DNA from: a plasmid
DNA: 64,000 bases
Sequence record: NZ_CP118102.1
Strand: one strand, 5' to 3'
In this document: positions 1-8,068 of the stretch, in pieces
Numbering within the stretch: position 1 is the stretch's first letter
How the letters are laid out: each line of letters opens with the position of its first letter
Position numbers and translations under genes: made by a program
Notes under the pieces: generated by a model
Seen by the model: only the letters and a program-made list of their open reading frames with translations
What the model was told of the DNA's origin: nothing
Databases searched by the model: none

Positions 1-298
1 AGAACCCGCCGACGGCGTAGCCGGCATTATTCACGAGCGCGTCGATCCGGCCGTAGCGTTCCATAATATGCGCGACGGCCGCTTCAATCGATACGGGGTC
101 GGTAACGTCAAGTCGGACGACCTCCAGCCTGTCGCCGACGCCGAGCCTGTCCGCTTCCTGCATGAGCGGTTCCCGGCGATCCGGATCGCGCATCGTGGCC
201 ACGACCCGGTACCCGCCGCGGGCCAAGGCGGTGGAGATCAAAAGGCCGAAGCCGCTGGAGGCTCCGGTTACGAGGGCGATTCGCTCAACGGTCGACAT
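1..298 (-). CDS. SDR family oxidoreductase, N-terminal part (gene continues past window start)
   Basis: Reverse-strand translation from the ATG at 298 gives MSTVERIALVTGASSGFG, the classic SDR cofactor-binding motif TGxxxGxG. GGAGG RBS at 302-309 on the minus strand. Not in the ORF track because it is truncated by the window edge. Confidence 0.75.
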   Translation of the reverse strand, partial: MSTVERIALVTGASSGFGLLISTALARGGYRVVATMRDPDRREPLMQEADRLGVGDRLEVVRLDVTDPVSIEAAVAHIMERYGRIDALVNNAGYAVGGF

Positions 299-428
299 GG
301 GTCAACCTCCTTCTGCTGCTCGAATGATATGGAACTGCTGTTCGTTTGTACCGTCTCTCCCAGTGTACCACGTTTTGCTCCTTGGGGCTTGCCGCCCGGG
401 GAGGGAGAGAAGCAAGGCAATTTCTGCG

Positions 429-1583
429 CTACAGCTTGTGCTTTCTCAGCAGCGGTACGCCGATGCGATTCAGCAGCTTGCCGAGCGTCGCCCAAGGCAT
501 GCGGCGCTTCAGCGGCAGATGCCGCACGTAAACCGCAGAAAATTCGATCTCCGCCTCGGCGCCCCGATTGCGCTTGAACTGGGCCGCGCCGGAGCTTTCG
601 TGCAGCAGAAATCCGCGCTCGCCTGCCAATTCGATGAGCCGGGCGGACAGCATCCGGTACAAGCCGAGCTCCTGCGGCAGCGAAGTGTCGTAGCCGAACA
701 AAGGCGTCGTCATCACGCCGTCCCTGGCGTAGAAGCCGAGCGCCGCGTCAAGCCTTCCGTTGCGGCGAAATCCGTGCAGCTCCAATATGCGGTTATCGAG
801 CGCCTCCTCCAGAAAACGTTCCGTGAACTGCGGATTGTGCCAGGAGTACTTATCGAGATACAGCAGACGATACAACTCCGCGATGCGGGGGAGATCCTGC
901 CGGGTTACGTCGCCGGGGCCGACGGTCTCGTAGCCTTCCTTGGCAGCCAGCGTGCCGTCCCGCTTCAGCAGCCAGCGGGATTTGGCGTTGCCGAAGCCGG
1001 CATCGCCGGTTCTCAGCAAGTAAATTTGTCTGCTCGGGACGAGCAGGCAGCCCTTGGAACGAAAGAGGTCCAGCATGGGCGCATTGAGAGACGGATTAAG
1101 CGAGCGAAAAGCGATCGCATGCCCGGGGAAGCGGGCGACCAGCTTGTCCAGCACGGCGTCCCATTGCGCGGCGTTCAGCTCCGGGTACAGATTGGTCGAC
1201 AGCAGCCAGTTGTTGACGTGCACGACCCGGTTAAAGCCGCTGAGCTTCAGCAGGCGGCCGATTCCGGACAGAAGCGCGTCCAGTCCGGCAATCAGCGCGC
1301 GGTTGCCCAGCAAGTTAAGCTCCTGTTTCGCGTAGCTGACATAGTGGGTGTACGGGGAGCAGACGTAGCTGTTGTCGTACTCCTCTTCATTCACGGTGAT
1401 CGGAAGCGGAATCCCGTCCGCCGTCAGCACGAGGATCCGGGTACGGACGTTCCGTACGAACCGCTCTGAACCTTCCTGCAGAAGAGGCAGCAAATACCGC
1501 TTGGCATAGCGTCCGTATTCGTTGTCGGGCCACTCGAGTTCGCTCGCGTCGGCCGCTTCGTACAGCTCGACTCGGGACTTCAA
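429..1583 (-). CDS. Hypothetical protein, FemAB/GNAT-like acyltransferase fold (tentative)
   Basis: 384-aa ORF. TTG start at 1583 preceded by AAGGAGA RBS. Its start overlaps the stop of the upstream adenylating-enzyme gene at 1580. The fold assignment comes only from overall similarity to FemAB/BioF2-like GNAT proteins and is weak. Confidence 0.5.
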   Translation of the reverse strand: MKSRVELYEAADASELEWPDNEYGRYAKRYLLPLLQEGSERFVRNVRTRILVLTADGIPLPITVNEEEYDNSYVCSPYTHYVSYAKQELNLLGNRALIAGLDALLSGIGRLLKLSGFNRVVHVNNWLLSTNLYPELNAAQWDAVLDKLVARFPGHAIAFRSLNPSLNAPMLDLFRSKGCLLVPSRQIYLLRTGDAGFGNAKSRWLLKRDGTLAAKEGYETVGPGDVTRQDLPRIAELYRLLYLDKYSWHNPQFTERFLEEALDNRILELHGFRRNGRLDAALGFYARDGVMTTPLFGYDTSLPQELGLYRMLSARLIELAGERGFLLHESSGAAQFKRNRGAEAEIEFSAVYVRHLPLKRRMPWATLGKLLNRIGVPLLRKHKL

Positions 1584-2908
1584 AGCTTGTATCTCCTTTC
1601 GACGCGCCTCAGCTTCGCGATGCCGGCTTCATGCGAGTAGGCGGAGAAGACGATTCGCGGCGTACGGCAGCGAAGGCGGCCGCACAACGCTGCGATTGCC
1701 GCGCGAACCCGCTCTTCGGCCATGTCCCGCTCCGCCTCCGGCAGCTCAAGCTCGACCGTCCATTCGTCCAGTCCCGTCTGGATCGCCCGGTATTGCGCGA
1801 TAGCGGGAGAAGCGCCGATAATCGCGCGCGTGACGAAGTCCGGGTAGATCGTGACCAGCGCTTCGTCTTCGTCAACTCTGCTACCCGTCGCATAGAAAAT
1901 ATCGTCGCAGCGGCCTTCGATCCGCTCGATGGCCGTAAACGGGGAGCCGCACGGGCAGGGCTGCTCGCTCTCGGTCAGCAGATCGTTGAGCCGGTAGCGG
2001 ACGATCGGCTGAGTCGTGCGGGAGAAGTCGGTCACGATCGGCACGAACGTGCGGTCTTTGCCGGGTACGTACTCTTTTTCGATATAGACGAGATCCTCAT
2101 TCAGATGCAGCGTGCCATAGGGGCAGGTGCAGCCGAGAAACCCTTCCGTGCATTGATAGATTTGGTGGACGGTCTGGCCGAACGCCTCCTCGATGTATTC
2201 CCGGTCAAGCGGGTCCAGCGCCTCGGCGACGGAGATGATCCGCTTGGGCTTCGTTAGCAGGTTGCCGGAGCGGGCGGCTTCGGCAAGGCGGCGCAGCACG
2301 GAGGGAGGGGCGGCAATGACGTCGGGCCGCTGGCGTTCAAGCCGCTTAAGCTGATCGGGCAGCGGATCGAGCAGGTCGTAAAATGCGAACGACAGCCGCC
2401 TGCCGCGCACCGATTCGTACAGATTGCTGTTCGCCCTCAGGAAGAAGGCGATCGAACAGCGGGAGAGGAGGGAGCCGGGCAGCATTTTGCCAAGCACCGC
2501 GCCCGCCCAGCCGGCCCGCTCCCGTCTGTCGACGAGAAACAGTCCGCGATTGCCGGACGTGCCGGAAGACAGGCCGATCGTCACGTTCCCGATGGCGGGC
2601 TTGAAGTCGCGCGACGCTTCGGCCGCCTCGGCCACCGCGAAGGCTTGCGCTTTTGCGATGCCTGCCGTATTGAGGCTGTCGAAGTGGGCCATCATCACCG
2701 ACTTGTCGATCGTCGGGAAGGAGCGCCACTGCTCCGACGGGATAGAGCCCCACCATTCCCGGTAAAAGGCAGAACGCTCGCGGACTTGCGAGACGTGCCG
2801 GACGACGAGCCGTTCCAGTTTCTTTTCGAACGCTTGGCGATTCGTAGTTCCGCCTCGTTTTCTTCCGCTTCTGTAGTGCTTGATAAAAGCAAGGGCGTCC
2901 CGAATCAT
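1580..2908 (-). CDS. F390 synthetase-related / phenylacetate-CoA-ligase-like adenylate-forming enzyme
   Basis: SSGTSGNRG AMP-binding (P-loop-like) motif and PaaK/F390-synthetase-like architecture. Start reassigned to the ATG at 2908 (MIRDALAF...), which has a GGGAGG RBS and an ATGA overlap with the stop of the upstream MBL gene. The ORF track offers a longer 1580..2953 version. Confidence 0.7.
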   Translation of the reverse strand: MIRDALAFIKHYRSGRKRGGTTNRQAFEKKLERLVVRHVSQVRERSAFYREWWGSIPSEQWRSFPTIDKSVMMAHFDSLNTAGIAKAQAFAVAEAAEASRDFKPAIGNVTIGLSSGTSGNRGLFLVDRRERAGWAGAVLGKMLPGSLLSRCSIAFFLRANSNLYESVRGRRLSFAFYDLLDPLPDQLKRLERQRPDVIAAPPSVLRRLAEAARSGNLLTKPKRIISVAEALDPLDREYIEEAFGQTVHQIYQCTEGFLGCTCPYGTLHLNEDLVYIEKEYVPGKDRTFVPIVTDFSRTTQPIVRYRLNDLLTESEQPCPCGSPFTAIERIEGRCDDIFYATGSRVDEDEALVTIYPDFVTRAIIGASPAIAQYRAIQTGLDEWTVELELPEAERDMAEERVRAAIAALCGRLRCRTPRIVFSAYSHEAGIAKLRRVERRYKL

Positions 2909-3768
2909 AAGCGTCTTACCTCCCGGCTGTCGATATCGTAGAACTCCCTGCAATGGCTCGGCACGACGATCAGATCAGGATCGGACGCTTGCCAGCTTCG
3001 CAGCCTGCGGAACGAGTCGCGGTACGCCGCGCGGTCGTGCATGACCAGCCCTGCCGCCGGATGGGGCGGTCGGTTGTCGCGAAGCGCCTGGCTCGACCAC
3101 GAGGCGTCGGCGCAGAGCAGCACGCGCGAGCGGGATGTGGACAGCAGCAGGCCGATCTGGCCAGCCGCGTGTCCCGGCATGGCGATCGCGATCAGGCTGC
3201 CGTCGCCGAGCAGATCGTAGCCTCCGTCGAACGGAATGCTGTCCGGCAGGGAGACTCGCTTGGCCAGCGTTTCGATCGGCTGCGCGGTTTCGGCGAAGCG
3301 ATCGGGCAGCAGTCCGGCGACGAAGCCCGCACGGGTGGCCCGGAAAGGGCCGAGGCGTCGAACGGCGTCGTAGGCTGCCTGCGGGTACAGGAAGCGCGAG
3401 GACGGGAAGTCCCGCGCGCCTCCGATATGGTCGGCGTGGAAGTGCGAGAGAATGACACTGCGGACGTCCTCCGCGGCAATGCCGAGCCGGGCGAGCTGCC
3501 GGACGGCGGTGTTATCCTCATGCAAAATGACGGGCGTGAGTCGGCGGTACAGCGAATAGGGAAAAGAACCGGTCAGCTCGCGAAATCGCGGAGAGTAGCC
3601 GGTATCGAACAAAATCCAGCCCTGCGAAGGGTGGCGAATGCAGGCGAAGCCGGCCGGATAGGCGGCCGAACGCAGCGAGCCGCCCCGCAGCGTCACGAAT
3701 TCGGGATGCAGGCAATAACCGGCGGACAGGAGCAAAAGCTCGACCTGGACGGGATGCTCTCGGTTCAT
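2905..3768 (-). CDS. MBL-fold metallo-hydrolase
   Basis: HFHADHIGG (HxHxDH) metallo-beta-lactamase motif. Start reassigned to the ATG at 3768 (MNREHPV...), which has a GGAGGAG RBS and an ATGA overlap with the epimerase stop. The ORF-track N-terminal extension to 3954 overlaps the epimerase gene and is probably not translated. Confidence 0.7.
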   Translation of the reverse strand: MNREHPVQVELLLLSAGYCLHPEFVTLRGGSLRSAAYPAGFACIRHPSQGWILFDTGYSPRFRELTGSFPYSLYRRLTPVILHEDNTAVRQLARLGIAAEDVRSVILSHFHADHIGGARDFPSSRFLYPQAAYDAVRRLGPFRATRAGFVAGLLPDRFAETAQPIETLAKRVSLPDSIPFDGGYDLLGDGSLIAIAMPGHAAGQIGLLLSTSRSRVLLCADASWSSQALRDNRPPHPAAGLVMHDRAAYRDSFRRLRSWQASDPDLIVVPSHCREFYDIDSREVRRL

Positions 3769-4763
3769 GACGGGTTGCTCCTCCACCAGTCCGCGAATCG
3801 GCGCAAGCCCTCGTCGAGCGGGATTCGCGGTTCGTAGTTCAGCGCTTGGCGCGCTTGGGCCAGATCGAGCGTCTGGCTGTAGGCCAGCAGGCCGACCGTA
3901 TACCGAGTAAAAGGCGGCTCCGCGCCAATCGCCGGGAACGCTCTGTACAGCCACTCCATTGCGCGTCCCGCGGCAAGCGCGGCAGGCCGGGAGACGCGCC
4001 GGGTGCGCAGCGGCAGCTCCAGCAGGGCGAACAGCCGCCGCAGCAGGTCGATCAGCTTGACGGGCTCACCGTTCGACAGATTGTAGATCGCGCCCGCGGC
4101 GCTTTCCGGCGCGTTGCATGCCTGAACGAGCCCGTCGACCGCGTTGTCGACATAGGTCAGATCGAGCAGCGCCTCGCCTCCGCCGATAAGCGGAATGCCG
4201 CGCGAATCGTTCACCCGCAGCAGCCGAGGGAACAACGACGTATCTCCAGGGCCGAATACGGCTCTTGGCCGCACGATGATCGAAGACAATCCGTTGCCGG
4301 CCGCATCCGCGACGACCCGTTCCGCCATCAGTTTGGTGGCGGCGTAGGCGTTCACAGGCTTGCGAGGCAGCTCCTCTTGCTCGGAAACGAGCAGCCGATC
4401 TCTGTAATTGAAGTAAACGCTTGGCGTGGACACATGGACCAGTCTGCGCGCTCCGTGACGAAAGCAGCCGGAGACGACATGCTCCGTGCCGCCGACGTTG
4501 GTCTCATAGAAGTCTCGGTAGGCTCCCCACGGAGAAGACAGCGCCGCGCAGTGAATGACGTAGTCGCGTCCGGCGCAGGCGTCTTCAATCTGCTGCCGGT
4601 TGCGCAAATCCGCCTGAAGGAAGGGGATACCCTGAGCGGCCAGCTGGCGGCCGATTTTCTCGTCGCGTCCTAGCCCCGTCACGTCCCATCCCAGATCGCG
4701 CAAGCGAACGGCCGTCGCTCGGCCCAGAAATCCCGTTGCTCCCGTTACCAATACTTTTGTCAT
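3765..4763 (-). CDS. NAD-dependent epimerase/dehydratase family protein (3beta-HSD-like)
   Basis: N-terminal VLVTGATGFLG Rossmann motif. 332 aa. Its ATG overlaps the ATP-grasp stop (ATGA). Confidence 0.75.
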   Translation of the reverse strand: MTKVLVTGATGFLGRATAVRLRDLGWDVTGLGRDEKIGRQLAAQGIPFLQADLRNRQQIEDACAGRDYVIHCAALSSPWGAYRDFYETNVGGTEHVVSGCFRHGARRLVHVSTPSVYFNYRDRLLVSEQEELPRKPVNAYAATKLMAERVVADAAGNGLSSIIVRPRAVFGPGDTSLFPRLLRVNDSRGIPLIGGGEALLDLTYVDNAVDGLVQACNAPESAAGAIYNLSNGEPVKLIDLLRRLFALLELPLRTRRVSRPAALAAGRAMEWLYRAFPAIGAEPPFTRYTVGLLAYSQTLDLAQARQALNYEPRIPLDEGLRRFADWWRSNPS

Positions 4764-6004
4764 CGTTCACCATTCCATTCGATATCCGAGGTAGACGCTT
4801 CTTGAAGCGTCAGGCGTTGCCGGGCGGCCGTTCGGCGCGTCCAGGCGAGCAGCCGAAACTGTTCCGCAAAAGGCTTCGGGTCTTCCCGGCGATACACGAC
4901 GTCACGGCTGCCTCGCCAAGCGCGCAGCCATTCGCCGAGCGTTCGTTCGCGGACGGCCTGGACGAGCCCGTAGCTCAGCATCGCGGCCGAGAGCATCGCG
5001 CCTTGTCTTGATTGTGCGGCAGGAGAGGCGATTCGCCCGGCCGCCAGAAGAGCGGCAGGACACAGCAGCGCCTCCGCCAGCCGGCCGTCCGATCCGAACA
5101 GATGCACTCCGCTCGTCGCCCTCGGATTGCATTCCATCGGCAGGACGGCGCCTTCCGGCGAGATCATGAAATCGAAGGCGATCTGCCCGGTAAAGCCGAT
5201 TCCCGCGACGAAGCGCCGGACCCAATCGAACAGCTGCGGCTGGCTGGCCGGCTCGTAATGGATGCTGGCGCCCCGGCCGGCGCGAAAACGGCTGCGGTAT
5301 GCGGCGTGAGCCGCGATCCGGCCCTCGTGCGCTACGCTGTAGGTGCACCATTCTTCGCCGCGCAGCAGCTCCTGGACGATCCAGGGCCGACGGTCAGACA
5401 CGCCGGCCTCGGCCAGCTTGCGCGCGATTTCCTTACGGCGGGAGTCCGGCAAGGGAGTGCGGCGCAAATCGAGCAGCAGCGTGCGCGAAGCGAATCGCGA
5501 ATAGGCCGGCTTGAGCGCGATGCCTTCGGCGAAGCGGGGGCTGTCCAGCAGCAGCAGCTGCCAGCCGTCCGGCGTGTCCAGCGTCACCGTGTCCGGGACG
5601 GGAAGTCCGAGGCGCGCCGCGGTTTCTATAAATTTGCCTTTGTGGTGGAGAGAGTCCAGTTCCGCCAGAGGCGCCGCCAGTACGCGGCAAACGCCCTCGA
5701 ATCGGTCGAGCTCCTTGGAAATGTGGAAAATCTCCTCGCAAGTTGGAATCAGCGCGTCGATGCGGTGTTGTTCGGCAATCGCGCACAGTGCCGCGGCGTA
5801 TTTCTCCGAATTTTCGGAGGGCGGGGGGACATGGAAGCTTCGTTCGACGGAACGGGATACCCGGCACAGGTGATAGGGCGCGGATTCGGCCGCGTAAACC
5901 CGATGGCCGGCGGCGCGGAACAGGCGGGCCAGCTCCAACGCTGCCGGAGAGCGGCCTCCTGTAAGGAGAACGCGCTGCGGCTCCGTTTCCGGCTCAATAG
6001 TCAA
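4760..6004 (-). CDS. ATP-grasp domain protein
   Basis: 414 aa with ATP-grasp-like organisation. TTG start at 6004 with GGGAGGG RBS. Overlaps the KAS III gene by 11 nt. Confidence 0.6.
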   Translation of the reverse strand: MTIEPETEPQRVLLTGGRSPAALELARLFRAAGHRVYAAESAPYHLCRVSRSVERSFHVPPPSENSEKYAAALCAIAEQHRIDALIPTCEEIFHISKELDRFEGVCRVLAAPLAELDSLHHKGKFIETAARLGLPVPDTVTLDTPDGWQLLLLDSPRFAEGIALKPAYSRFASRTLLLDLRRTPLPDSRRKEIARKLAEAGVSDRRPWIVQELLRGEEWCTYSVAHEGRIAAHAAYRSRFRAGRGASIHYEPASQPQLFDWVRRFVAGIGFTGQIAFDFMISPEGAVLPMECNPRATSGVHLFGSDGRLAEALLCPAALLAAGRIASPAAQSRQGAMLSAAMLSYGLVQAVRERTLGEWLRAWRGSRDVVYRREDPKPFAEQFRLLAWTRRTAARQRLTLQEASTSDIEWNGER

Positions 6005-6995
6005 GGATCAGCCCTCCCAGCGTCAGTCCCGCCGCCGTTCCGATCAGCAGCACGCGGTCCCCCCGCTCGATCCGTCCCGTCCGGATCGCTTCATGAAGGC
6101 CCATCGGGAGGGAGGCGGCGATCGTATTGCCGTGGTTCGGCGTAATATAGACAAGCTGGCGCTCGGCTATGCCCAGCTTCTTGCGCATGAGGCGAACGGC
6201 CATCGCGCTGCCTTGGTGGGGGATGACCGCTTTAAGGTCCGACATGACCGTTCCCGCCGATTGCAGCAGCTCCTCTGTGAAGTCGGGCAGCAGGCGAGAA
6301 GCCATCTTGTAGATGGCCGGACCGTCCATCGAGAACAGATAGTCGTCCGCGGCGGCGGGACGATAGCCGTTCGGGTGACGCCTGGTGCCGCCCGCGCGAA
6401 TCTCGGAGAAGGCGGCTCCGGCGCTGTAGGTGCGCATGGAGGCGCCGACGATGGCGGACGGCTCGCCGTCCTCCGCCGGACCGAGGACAACGGCGGCTGC
6501 TCCGTCCCCGAACAGCGCGGCGCTTTCCTTGTGCCGCCAATCGAGGCCGACGGAAGCGATCTCGGACGTGACGATCAGCACGTAGCGGTATCTTCCGGCC
6601 GCGATCATGCAGGACATGGCGTCAAGCGCCGCCAGGAAGCTGAGACAGGTGGAATCAATATCAAAGGCGGGGACGCCGGACTGCTCCATCCCCAACTCGC
6701 GTTGAATGAATACGGCGGAGCAGGGGAGAGCTTGCTCCTTGGTGCCGCTTGCGCCGACGAGGCAATCCATGTCGGTGAACTTCAGGTTGGCGGCTTGAAG
6801 GGCGGCTTGGGCGGCTTTCGCGCCCATGGCGGATGCGGTGTCGTCTTCTCCGGCGTAGTGCCGGGAGACGATGTCCGTCACCCTGCGCGTCCAGCCCCGG
6901 GAAACGCCGAGGCGATCGTCCATCTCCAGATCGGAGATCGGGCGGCCGGGCAAGTATTTGCCCGTTCCGTATATTTTGACTTTGCGAATGTTCAT
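5994..6995 (-). CDS. 3-oxoacyl-ACP synthase III (FabH-like KAS III)
   Basis: Cys-His-Asn triad contexts are present: AFDIDSTCLSF, IPHQGS, ITPNHGNTIAAS. ATG at 6995 with AAGGAGA RBS. First gene of the minus-strand operon. Confidence 0.8.
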   Translation of the reverse strand: MNIRKVKIYGTGKYLPGRPISDLEMDDRLGVSRGWTRRVTDIVSRHYAGEDDTASAMGAKAAQAALQAANLKFTDMDCLVGASGTKEQALPCSAVFIQRELGMEQSGVPAFDIDSTCLSFLAALDAMSCMIAAGRYRYVLIVTSEIASVGLDWRHKESAALFGDGAAAVVLGPAEDGEPSAIVGASMRTYSAGAAFSEIRAGGTRRHPNGYRPAAADDYLFSMDGPAIYKMASRLLPDFTEELLQSAGTVMSDLKAVIPHQGSAMAVRLMRKKLGIAERQLVYITPNHGNTIAASLPMGLHEAIRTGRIERGDRVLLIGTAAGLTLGGLILDY

Positions 6996-7210
6996 AGAGA
7001 GATCTCCTTCCCGCGCATCGTTCCCGCAAGTTCATTGTGCCGGAAAGAGGACGGACCGAATAGTACCAATTTCGCCTGGTACCTCCGTTATTCGACTGCA
7101 AACATACATGTTCGACAGAAGTCGCGCAGGTTCCTGTCGCCGGATCGGGACACGCCAAATAACCCGAACCGATTGCGGTCCGGGCTAGGCACGCCCTAAT
7201 GGATGCGACC

Positions 7211-7726
7211 TTATTGCTCCGCTTTGACGATGCTTTTGCCGAACAGATACAGAACGCCGACCCCTCCGAACATAAGAGCAAGCAGGAAATAGAAGTAAAA
7301 CACGCGCGCCACCTCCCGGAATTGGATTAGGAAATCGAACACCCCAACTGTAAGCCAGACTGGAGGAGCTGTGACCACCCAATTGCGAGAAAATGCGGCC
7401 AGCCAAAAAGCTTGGTAACGACTGGCGTTGGGGAACAGGGAAAGAGACAGAGGCAGGGCGGCGTAATGACAGGGGCACAGGCGAGCCTTGTGCGACGGGT
7501 CAGGAGGGCGGATGATAAGCTCGCGTGGCGGTACTGTTGGGGGAGGCGGGTCAGGCGGTCGGACAATAAGCTCGCGTGGCGGTACTGTTGGGGGAGGCGG
7601 GTCAGGCGGGCGGATGATAAGCTCGCGAGGCGGTACTGTGGAGGGCGACGGGACAGGCGGTCGGACAATAAGCTCGCGTGGCGGTACTGTTGGGGGAGGC
7701 GGGTCAGGCGGGCGGATGATAAGCAC
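7211..7726 (-). CDS. Hypothetical proline-rich repeat protein with C-terminal hydrophobic tail (coding status uncertain)
   Basis: ORF-track entry. Five 17-aa PPDPPPPTVPPRELIxR repeats followed by a hydrophobic C-terminus (VWLTVGVFDFLIQF...FYFYFLLALMFGGVGVLYLF). Upstream repeat variants in the same frame carry stops. A plus-frame ORF (7412..8116) with very high third-position GC is an alternative. This is a low-confidence call. Confidence 0.25.
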   Translation of the reverse strand: MLIIRPPDPPPPTVPPRELIVRPPVPSPSTVPPRELIIRPPDPPPPTVPPRELIVRPPDPPPPTVPPRELIIRPPDPSHKARLCPCHYAALPLSLSLFPNASRYQAFWLAAFSRNWVVTAPPVWLTVGVFDFLIQFREVARVFYFYFLLALMFGGVGVLYLFGKSIVKAEQ

Positions 7727-7957
7727 GCGTGGCGGTACTGTTGGGGGCGGCAGGTCAGGCAGTCAGACGATAAGCACGCGTGGCGGTACTGTGGAGGGCG
7801 GCGGGTCAGGCGGTCGGACGATAAGCACGCGTGGCGGTACTGTTGGGGGCGGCGGGTCAGGCGGTCAGACGATAAGCACGCGTGGCGGTACTGTTGGGGG
7901 CGGCAGGTCAGGCAGTCAGACGATAAGCTCGCGTGGAGGTACTGTTGGGGGCGGCGG
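7490..7957. repeat. Tandem array of about 9 copies of a 51-bp unit (17-codon period)
   Basis: Unit is gtcaggcggtcggacaataagctcgcgtggcggtactgttgggggaggcgg with minor variants (gataagcTcg / gataagcAcg, ggac / agac). Two plus frames stay open across the whole array: 7412..8116 (RRVRRADDKLAWRYCWG repeats) and 7488..8015 (GGRTISSRGGTVGGGGS repeats). The minus frame (PPDPPPPTVPPRELIVR, ORF 7211..7726) is interrupted by stops in the variant units. Not CRISPR, because there are no unique spacers. Confidence 0.9.
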
Positions 7958-7966
7958 TTTGTGTTG

Positions 7967-7996
7967 TGCAGGATGCTCCGTGTGGAGCATCCTGCA
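7967..7996. other. Perfect 13-bp-stem hairpin directly after the tandem array
   Basis: TGCAGGATGCTCC-GTGTG-GAGCATCCTGCA seen in sequence. No T-tract follows. Confidence 0.6.
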
Positions 7997-8068
7997 GTGG
8001 AGTTGGAGCCATTAGTTGAGTGTCGGGAACGATCCGACGTTGCCGTCCAATGGGTTTCGGGGAGCGAA

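Noticed and set aside
162-1469. 435-aa plus-strand ORF, and similar long plus ORFs at 5012..6145, 6093..7199 and 2953..3837
   Set aside because: They are antisense to the well-supported, translationally coupled minus-strand operon. They lack RBSs and motifs, and fit the high-GC shadow-ORF pattern.
7490-7957. Possible CRISPR array
   Set aside because: The whole 51-bp unit repeats, and there are no unique spacers between the repeats. No cas genes are nearby. It is a tandem minisatellite, not a CRISPR.
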